DNA from: Stutzerimonas stutzeri
GTDB taxonomy: Bacteria; Pseudomonadota; Gammaproteobacteria; Pseudomonadales; Pseudomonadaceae
DNA: 24,000 nt
Reading direction: 5' to 3'
NCBI RefSeq assembly: GCF_000590475.1
Contig: NZ_CP007441.1
Location: 2,025,208 to 2,049,207 of the forward strand
A program made the translations under genes and the position numbers. The stretch's first letter is position 1. Each line of letters starts with the position of its first letter. Shown here piece after piece: positions 17,904 to 24,000 of this stretch. The notes below the pieces were generated by a model that was not told the DNA's origin, did not search any database, and saw only the letters and a program-made list of their open reading frames with translations.

Positions 17904-19532
17904 ATGCTTGCCATCCATAACCTAAAAATCGGCACGCGCCTGATTGCAGGCTTCAGTCTGGTCGTTCTGCTCACTGCCGCAGTCGGCGCGGTTGGCATCG
18001 TCAATCTGGCGCGTGTCAATGCGTTGTCTGACCAGATGTATCATCGTGAAATGGGCGCGCTGGAAAGTATCCAGGATGCAAATGTGCACCTTGCCTACGC
18101 GGGCCGCAGCCTGCGCAGCAGTCTTTTAGCCACCACTTACATCGAGCGCGACACCGCTTCGAGTCAGCTTCAAGAAGCCTTGAAAGCCATGCACGCTTCG
18201 ATCGATCAGGCGCGACCAAGCTTCGACACAGCGGAGTCTCGGGCCCAGCTCGACGAGCTTGACGCACATGCCAGCCGTTACGAACGTGTCCTCAGCGATG
18301 TTTTGGAGCTGAGTCAATCTCGCGAGTTGATGACGCCGAACGAGATCGCACCCTTGCTTGCACAATTACAGAACTATGGCTCGGAGACAGACGCCGCGAT
18401 GAATACGCTGGTGGATGCCAAGCGCGAACGTGCGGGGCAGGCTAACCAGCAGATCGCAGAGATATATGACGATTCACGGCTGGAGATGATCGTGCTGGTG
18501 TTATTTGCCGCGGCGATCGGCTTCGCCGTTGGGGCGCTGATCACGCGCAGCATCACCCGCCCTCTTGGTCGTGCTGTGGCAGCGGCGGACCGCCTGGCGA
18601 AAGGTGAACTGGATGCTGCCATCGAAGCCGAAGGCCGGGATGAGACCGGCCAGCTGCTGGGCGCCATGCAACATATGGCTGGGCGGATGCGAGACGTCAT
18701 GAGTGATGTTCGGAGCGCGGCGGATGCGCTGTCCTCAGCTTCTGAACAGGTAAGCGCAACATCACAGTCGCTCAGCCAGGCGGCAACCGAGCAGGCTGCG
18801 AGCGTTGAGGAAACCTCGGCGGCAGTCGCCGAGATGGCTGCCTCGATCATGCGCAATACCGATAGCGCGCAAGAGACTGACCAGATAGCTGGCCGGGCTG
18901 CGGCCGGAGCCGTGGCCGGTGGTCGTGCGGTTAACGACATGGTCGATGCGATGAAACAGATCGCCGCACGGGTAGGCGTCATTGACGATATCGCCTACCA
19001 GACCAATCTACTGGCCTTGAATGCCACCATCGAGGCGGCACGCGCGGGCGATCATGGCCGTGGGTTCGCGGTGGTCGCAGCAGAAGTTCGGAAGCTTGCC
19101 GAGCGCTGCCAGGCTGCTGCGCAGGAAATCGGTGGCCTGGCCGCTGCCAATGTGCAACTGGCCGACCAAGCCGGTGCACAGCTCAAAGACATGGTGCCGG
19201 AAATCCTTCGCACCTCCGATCTGGTGCAGGAAATCTCGGCGGCGTCCCAGGAGCAGAGCAGCGGCACGGCGCAAATTCGCGCGACCATGGGCCAGATGAA
19301 CGAGATTACCCAGCAGAACGCGTCCGCTTCGGAGGAACTTGCCGCGACCGCGGAAGAGATGAACGCGCAAGCTGAACAGCTGCTCGAACTGATCAGCTAT
19401 TTTCACCTTGGCAACCTCTCCTTTGGAGGCGGCACAAGGCCAGGCACGCTTCGGCATGTGGGCACGAGCCACCGACCTCCGTTCGTGCACGCCGAAAGCA
19501 CTGACGAAGGTCAGTTCGTGCGTTTCACCTGA
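17904..19532 (+). CDS. Transmembrane methyl-accepting chemotaxis protein (periplasmic helical-bundle-type sensor, HAMP, signalling domain)
   Basis: 542 aa with RBS GAGGAG. Two TM segments ([21 protein letters not shown]; [19 protein letters not shown]). HAMP region [20 protein letters not shown]. Tip [39 protein letters not shown]-terminal tail ends ...DEGQFVRFT. Confidence 0.9.
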   Translation: MLAIHNLKIGTRLIAGFSLVVLLTAAVGAVGIVNLARVNALSDQMYHREMGALESIQDANVHLAYAGRSLRSSLLATTYIERDTASSQLQEALKAMHASIDQARPSFDTAESRAQLDELDAHASRYERVLSDVLELSQSRELMTPNEIAPLLAQLQNYGSETDAAMNTLVDAKRERAGQANQQIAEIYDDSRLEMIVLVLFAAAIGFAVGALITRSITRPLGRAVAAADRLAKGELDAAIEAEGRDETGQLLGAMQHMAGRMRDVMSDVRSAADALSSASEQVSATSQSLSQAATEQAASVEETSAAVAEMAASIMRNTDSAQETDQIAGRAAAGAVAGGRAVNDMVDAMKQIAARVGVIDDIAYQTNLLALNATIEAARAGDHGRGFAVVAAEVRKLAERCQAAAQEIGGLAAANVQLADQAGAQLKDMVPEILRTSDLVQEISAASQEQSSGTAQIRATMGQMNEITQQNASASEELAATAEEMNAQAEQLLELISYFHLGNLSFGGGTRPGTLRHVGTSHRPPFVHAESTDEGQFVRFT

Positions 19533-19539
19533 GGTTCGT

Positions 19540-20019
19540 GTGGATTCGATCAGCTATAAGCAGCATCTATCGTTTCGCGTGCAGGGCGCACGTTATGCGT
19601 TGGCGCTCGATCATGTCAGAGAGCTCATCGATTGCGGTCCGGTAACGCCCGTACCGCTCATGCCATCGTTCGTGCTTGGCATCGTCAATGTCCGAGGTTG
19701 CATGGTACCCGTCATCGACCTGGCGGCCCGGCTCGACCTGCCCCCAACGCAACGGAGCAAGCGCAGCTGTGTTGTGGTTGCCGAAGCGCTGTTCGATCAA
19801 CAGTCGCATCGTATCGGCCTGCTGGTGGAAGCCGTCGAAACGGTGCTAGACGTGCATGCAGACGATATCTCTCCGGCGCCAGTTTTTGGCAGCGACATCC
19901 GCCAGGATTTCATCGCGGGTGTACTAAACGGCAACCCGGGCGATACGGTCATTCTCGATTTACAGCAGTTGGTGATGCTCGGAGACCTGCAGCCGATCTT
20001 TCGGGCCGCCGCGCCGTGA
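19540..20019 (+). CDS. cheW: CheW coupling protein
   Basis: I prefer the GTG 19540 start (GAGG 5 nt upstream). CheW-like sequence LSFRVQGARYALALDHVRELID...LGIVNVRGCMVPVIDLAARLDL...VVVAEA...IGLLVEAVETVLDV. The upstream part of the track ORF overlaps the MCP. Confidence 0.85.
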   Translation: MDSISYKQHLSFRVQGARYALALDHVRELIDCGPVTPVPLMPSFVLGIVNVRGCMVPVIDLAARLDLPPTQRSKRSCVVVAEALFDQQSHRIGLLVEAVETVLDVHADDISPAPVFGSDIRQDFIAGVLNGNPGDTVILDLQQLVMLGDLQPIFRAAAP

Positions 20020-20828
20020 TTGTCGAGCGCCGGCCGCCATGCCTCGCCGACGAAGACTTTCAGTTCATCCGTGACCTGATGTTCGACGCCTCGGGTATTT
20101 CCATGGCCGATCACAAGCGCTCCCTCGTTGCGGGACGTCTCATGCCGCGGTTGCGTGCGCTGGGGCTTTGCAGCTACGCCGATTATGTGCAGCAACTCCG
20201 AAGCGCTGAGCAGCCGGGAGAACGCCGGCTGCTGATCGACCTTCTGACTACCAATGAGACGTCCTTTTTTCGCGAACCTGCTCATTTTGAAATGCTCGGA
20301 CGCTGGGTAGAGGAGCAAAACCGTCCTCTACATGTTTGGAGTGCCGCTGGCTCTTCCGGCCAGGAGGCGTTCAGCATCGCCATGACCCTGGCAGAGCACT
20401 GCTCCAGCACGAGCTGGTCGATCATCGGCAGCGATATCAGCCGAAAGGTCATGGAGCAGGCCCGACGCGCCGTTTATCCGATGGCGCAGGCGAGCCAATT
20501 CCCCCCGGGTTGGCTTGAGCGTTACTGTCTTCGCGGCATCGGTGCCAGCGAGGGTCTGTTTCGCATTGCCGAGCCGATTCGCCAGCGGGTCGAATTCGGC
20601 GAGATCAATCTCATCCAGCCATTGCCCGCTTCGCTCGGCCCGTTTGATGTGATTTTTTTGCGTAATCTGCTGATCTACTTCGATAGGCAGCACAAGCGGT
20701 TGATCCTCGCGCAATTGCTCGAGCGGCTCCGTGTTGGAGGGTTGCTGTTCATTTCCCATGCAGAAAACGTTCAAGGGATGGCGCTGCCGTTACGGGCCGT
20801 GCAACCGTCGATATTCGAGCGCCTATGA
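20016..20828 (+). CDS. cheR: CheR chemoreceptor methyltransferase
   Basis: GTG 20016 overlaps the cheW stop (GTGA). The long 5' extension of the track ORF (from 19632) lies inside cheW in another frame and is Arg/Pro-rich junk. Motifs FQFIRDLMFDASGI, LTTNETSFFREPAHF, VWSAAGSSGQEAFSIAM, IFLRNLLIYFD. Confidence 0.88.
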   Translation: MIVERRPPCLADEDFQFIRDLMFDASGISMADHKRSLVAGRLMPRLRALGLCSYADYVQQLRSAEQPGERRLLIDLLTTNETSFFREPAHFEMLGRWVEEQNRPLHVWSAAGSSGQEAFSIAMTLAEHCSSTSWSIIGSDISRKVMEQARRAVYPMAQASQFPPGWLERYCLRGIGASEGLFRIAEPIRQRVEFGEINLIQPLPASLGPFDVIFLRNLLIYFDRQHKRLILAQLLERLRVGGLLFISHAENVQGMALPLRAVQPSIFERL

Positions 20829-21895
20829 CGAAACAAGCTGAGCAAGACAGCGACATAGCGGTATTCATCATCGATCCGTCGGCGTTGGCGCGGCAGACTT
20901 TGGCGGGCTGCATCAATGCCCATCCACAGATGACGGTGATCGGTCAGGCGTCCGATCCGTTGTTCGCGCTGGCAAAAATGAAAAAGCGCTGGCCGGATGT
21001 CATGGTGCTGGATCTCGAGACACCAGAGACGGATGGCTTGGCCTTTCTACGCAAGGTCATGGCCGAGCGACCCACACCGGTCATCGTCTGCTCGGCGCTC
21101 GACAAAGCCCACACGTCGGCCAGCCTGGAGGCTCTCGCAGCGGGAGCAGTGAGTGTGCTGATCAAAGCCCGGTTAGGGGTTCGTGACGGGTTGCAGCAAC
21201 TGTCCGGCGAGTTGCTCAGGCAGATCGAGATCGCCGCGCGCAGCCGTCCGCAGCCAACAGAACGGTTGCTCGAAGCGAGTATGTCGGCCGGCGAGCCACC
21301 TATGCATCCGTTAAACCAGCAATCGTGCAGCCAACGGCTTGTGGCAATTGGTGCTTCTACCGGTGGAACCCAGGCGTTGGAGCGCGTGCTGTGTAAGTTG
21401 GATAAGGACTGTCCTGGACTGGTCATCGTCCAACACATGCCTGCCGGCTTTACCACCGCGTTCGCGCAGCGCCTGGACAATCGCTGCCGGATCGAGGTGC
21501 GAGAGGCCCGCCATCATGACGTTGTGCGCAGCGGCGTCGCATTCATCGCACCGGGAGGACGACAGACTGCGGTAAAGCGGCACGGCGGAAAGACGCTGAT
21601 CGAGATCAGCGACGGCCCGCCAGTGAATCATCACAAACCCTCGGTGGATGTACTTTTCGAATCCGTGGCCCGCTGCGTCGGCGCCGATGCTCTGGGCATC
21701 ATCATGACCGGTATGGGACATGATGGATCGAGGGGGATGTTGGCCATGCGCAACTCCGGTGCGTCTACACTGGCTCAAGATGAGGCCAGTTGCGTCGTCT
21801 ACGGCATGCCGAAGGAGGCGCTACGATTGGGTGCGGTGCAACATTCGGTCGATCTGGATGGCCTGGTCCACGCGATTCAGGCGTTTGGAAAATGA
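20825..21895 (+). CDS. cheB: CheB methylesterase with an atypical N-terminal receiver domain
   Basis: ATGA overlap with cheR. Esterase motifs IGASTGGTQAL, VIVQHMPAGFT and GMGHDG, with SCVVYGMPKEA. The receiver has the phospho-Asp (VMVLDLETPETDG), but the acidic pair reads D-P (FIIDPSALARQ) instead of D-D, and K is followed by A (LIKAR). Confidence 0.88.
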   Translation: MTKQAEQDSDIAVFIIDPSALARQTLAGCINAHPQMTVIGQASDPLFALAKMKKRWPDVMVLDLETPETDGLAFLRKVMAERPTPVIVCSALDKAHTSASLEALAAGAVSVLIKARLGVRDGLQQLSGELLRQIEIAARSRPQPTERLLEASMSAGEPPMHPLNQQSCSQRLVAIGASTGGTQALERVLCKLDKDCPGLVIVQHMPAGFTTAFAQRLDNRCRIEVREARHHDVVRSGVAFIAPGGRQTAVKRHGGKTLIEISDGPPVNHHKPSVDVLFESVARCVGADALGIIMTGMGHDGSRGMLAMRNSGASTLAQDEASCVVYGMPKEALRLGAVQHSVDLDGLVHAIQAFGK

Positions 21896-22024
21896 AGGCA
21901 GCTATTCATGCTCCGCGGAACGCGGGGCAATACCACGACGATTCAGTCTGAGCGGGTAACGTCAAATGGGACGGATGTGACAAGCCATAACCGTACAGGG
22001 ATGAAATATTGAAGGAGCAAAGCT

Positions 22025-22666
22025 ATGACGTATCGTCTATTACTGGCCGATGACCACGAACTGATCCGAGCCGGTGTCCGGATCATGATTCAGGGGATGG
22101 ATCAGTACGAGATCGTCGCAGAAGCTGAGGATGGCCCCGAAGCGGTCACACTTGCCAACGAGCATAAACCGGACATTGTGATACTGGACATTTCGATGAA
22201 GGGAGGCGGTGGGCTTGAAGCGCTGCGCTCGATCGCTGAGGTCAGCCCGACAAGCAAGGTGTTGATGTTATCCATGCATACCGATGCGGAAACGGTGTTC
22301 GAGGCCTTGCAGCAGGGTGCGACTGGCTACTTGCTGAAAGACGCAGCCAAGGCCGAGCTGCACCTGGCGCTGCGCGCGGTCAGTCGCGGCGAGCGGTATC
22401 TCAGCTCGGCGATCATGCAGCCGGTCATTGCCCAGGCGCTGGCGAAACCTGCAGTAGAGGCCGAAGGCCTGACCCAGCGTCAGATCGAAATTCTTCGACT
22501 GATCACACGCGGTACCTCGACACGCGCCATCGCCGAAGGGCTAAGCCTGAGTGTCAAGACTGTGGAAGCGCACCGATCACAGATCATGCGGCGTTTGAAC
22601 ATCCATGACGTTCCCGGCCTAGTCCTCTACGCAGTGCGCGAAGGAATCATTAGCCCCGACGATTAG
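22025..22666 (+). CDS. NarL/FixJ (LuxR-HTH) family response regulator, no cognate kinase gene adjacent
   Basis: 213 aa with strong RBS AAGGAG. Receiver motifs LLLADDHELIR, DIVILDISMKGGGGLEAL, VLMLSMH, GYLLKDA. GerE/LuxR HTH LTQRQIEILRLITRGTSTRAIAEGLSLSVKTVEAHRSQIMRRLNI. Confidence 0.9.
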   Translation: MTYRLLLADDHELIRAGVRIMIQGMDQYEIVAEAEDGPEAVTLANEHKPDIVILDISMKGGGGLEALRSIAEVSPTSKVLMLSMHTDAETVFEALQQGATGYLLKDAAKAELHLALRAVSRGERYLSSAIMQPVIAQALAKPAVEAEGLTQRQIEILRLITRGTSTRAIAEGLSLSVKTVEAHRSQIMRRLNIHDVPGLVLYAVREGIISPDD

Positions 22667-22903
22667 TTCGTGACCGCGACTGAAACTGGGGCTATACGTC
22701 GTCTCAGAAGCACATCATTGGCAATAAATCTTGGCCATATCCTGCCATGACTGCTCCAAGCCAATAGCTGTCTCCGCGGAAGTCGGCTATCGGCCCGGTA
22801 GCGAACAAAACCTTACTTTCCCTTTACGTCCGCTTCACACGAAGCTGACGGTCAGCGGCGTAAAGTTCTGTTCAGGCTGATGGAACAGCCGGCTCCATTG
22901 GGT

Positions 22904-22969
22904 GGACCCGCCGCGGCCGGGCTGTCTATTCCGACAGCTGTTGCAGACGCGGCGGTCCGCTATTTTTTT
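22904..22969 (+). terminator. Probable rho-independent terminator (compound hairpin plus T7 run)
   Basis: GGACC(C)GCCGCG (22904-22915) pairs with CGCGGCGGTCC (22948-22958) for 11 bp with one bulge. It encloses an inner hairpin GCTGTC-TATTCC-GACAGC and is followed by TATTTTTTT (T run 22963-22969). The T run is correctly placed only for the plus strand. Confidence 0.5.
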
Positions 22970-23033
22970 ACCTTGACTTTGGCATCGTGCGAAAGCAGGT
23001 CGGTTTAAACATTTCGTGGGGAGACCCGTCACC

Positions 23034-24000
23034 ATGATCGCTCAAAAAAATTTCCTGGCTGTCGTGGCTGGCGTTGCGTTATTTGCGCAGACGCTCGTCG
23101 CTCATGCCGAACTGCCGGACTTCACACCATTGGTCGAGAACGCCTCGCCGGCGGTGGTCAATATCAGCACCAAGCAGACCACGCCTGTACGTGGCGGGCC
23201 GGCGCAGATGCCAGACCTCGAAGGCATACCCCCCATGTTCCGTGACTTCTTCGAGCGCGGCATGCCGCAACAGCCGGATCGTCAGCGCGAGGTTCAGTCT
23301 CTGGGCTCCGGTTTCATCATTTCCGAAGACGGCTACATCTTGACCAACAACCATGTGGTCGCCGATGCCGACGAAATCATGGTGCGTTTGCCTGATCGCA
23401 GCGAACAAAAGGCCAAGCTGGTTGGCGCCGATCCGCGCAGCGACGTCGCGCTGTTGAAAATCGATGGAGACGATCTGCCAATCGTGCAGATTGGCAACTC
23501 CGAGCAATTGAAGGCGGGGGAGTGGGTCGTTGCCATCGGTTCGCCGTTCGGCTTCGATCATACGGTCACCGCTGGGGTGGTCAGCGCGACTGGGCGTAGC
23601 CTGCCGAACGAGAGCTATGTGCCGTTCATTCAGACGGACGTGGCGATCAACCCAGGTAACTCGGGCGGCCCGCTATTCAATCTGGACGGTGAAGTAGTCG
23701 GCATCAACTCCCAGATATTCACCCGCTCCGGCGGCTTCATGGGGCTGTCGTTCGCCATCCCGATCGATGTCGCCATGGATGTCGCCAATCAGCTGCGTGA
23801 AGACGGCAAGGTCAGCCGGGGTTGGCTCGGCGTGGTCATTCAGGAAGTAAATAAGGATCTGGCCGAGTCTTTCGGTCTGGAACGTCCAGCCGGTGCACTG
23901 GTTGCGCAGGTCATGGACGGCGGTCCGGCAGCCAAGGGCGGCCTGAAGGTCGGCGATGTCATCCTGAGCCTGGACGGCAAAGCCATCGACATGTCTGGCG
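23034..24000 (+). CDS. mucD: Periplasmic HtrA/DegP-family serine endoprotease, MucD-like; 5' part, continues past the right edge
   Basis: Absent from the ORF track (no in-window stop). My translation from ATG 23034 gives MIAQKNFLAVVAGVALFAQTLVAHAELPDFTPLVENASPAVVNISTKQ...GSGFIISEDGYILTNNHVVADADEIMVRLPDRSEQKAKLVGADPRSDVALLKI...TDVAINPGNSGGPLFNLDGEVVGINSQIF...SRGWLGVVIQEVNKDLAESFGL...GDVILSLDG. The His/Asp/Ser triad and the start of PDZ1 are present. It closely parallels P. aeruginosa MucD as I remember it. Confidence 0.85.
   Translation, partial: MIAQKNFLAVVAGVALFAQTLVAHAELPDFTPLVENASPAVVNISTKQTTPVRGGPAQMPDLEGIPPMFRDFFERGMPQQPDRQREVQSLGSGFIISEDGYILTNNHVVADADEIMVRLPDRSEQKAKLVGADPRSDVALLKIDGDDLPIVQIGNSEQLKAGEWVVAIGSPFGFDHTVTAGVVSATGRSLPNESYVPFIQTDVAINPGNSGGPLFNLDGEVVGINSQIFTRSGGFMGLSFAIPIDVAMDVANQLREDGKVSRGWLGVVIQEVNKDLAESFGLERPAGALVAQVMDGGPAAKGGLKVGDVILSLDGKAIDMSG

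Noticed and set aside
19632-20015. 5' extension of the cheR ORF (track start 19632, 398 aa)
   Set aside because: The extension lies inside cheW in another frame and translates to Arg/Pro-rich junk. CheR-like sequence begins at GTG 20016, which overlaps the cheW stop.
22835-23035. 66-aa minus-strand ORF upstream of the mucD-like gene
   Set aside because: It has no RBS, spans the plus-strand terminator structure, and its composition is not protein-like.

Overview
GC-rich, Pseudomonas-like chromosomal window with no mobile elements, CRISPR arrays, tRNA/rRNA genes or recognisable defence genes. Both edges carry real genes that the ORF track omits because they have no in-window stop: a quinohemoprotein PQQ alcohol dehydrogenase (1..1873, minus) and a MucD/DegP-type protease (23034..24000, plus). 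Left to right: ADH; a 540-bp divergent control region with two sigma-54-type -24/-12 elements and a triple GCGACA half-site cluster; a TonB-dependent receptor; an AraC regulator; a small membrane protein; a 600-bp non-coding gap holding an (ATGGG)9 G-tract microsatellite; an Aer-type PAS chemoreceptor. The core is a Csu/CupE-type archaic chaperone-usher pilus locus: an orphan mini-pilin, three spore-coat-U-type pilins, a chaperone, an usher and a two-domain tip protein. A complete, translationally coupled accessory chemosensory operon follows 157 bp later on the same strand (cheY-STAS-cheA-mcp-cheW-cheR-cheB), then an orphan NarL/LuxR response regulator. The most interesting signals are this pilus/chemosensory/regulator juxtaposition, a tandem MshEN-like (c-di-GMP-receptor-like) motif pair inside CheA where a P2 domain would sit, a STAS protein wedged between cheY and cheA, a degenerate CheB receiver (DD to DP), and a TCCCCTAG/CTAGGGGA inverted-repeat motif on both sides of the pilus operon. 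Functional links are hypotheses from manual reading; no database search was possible.
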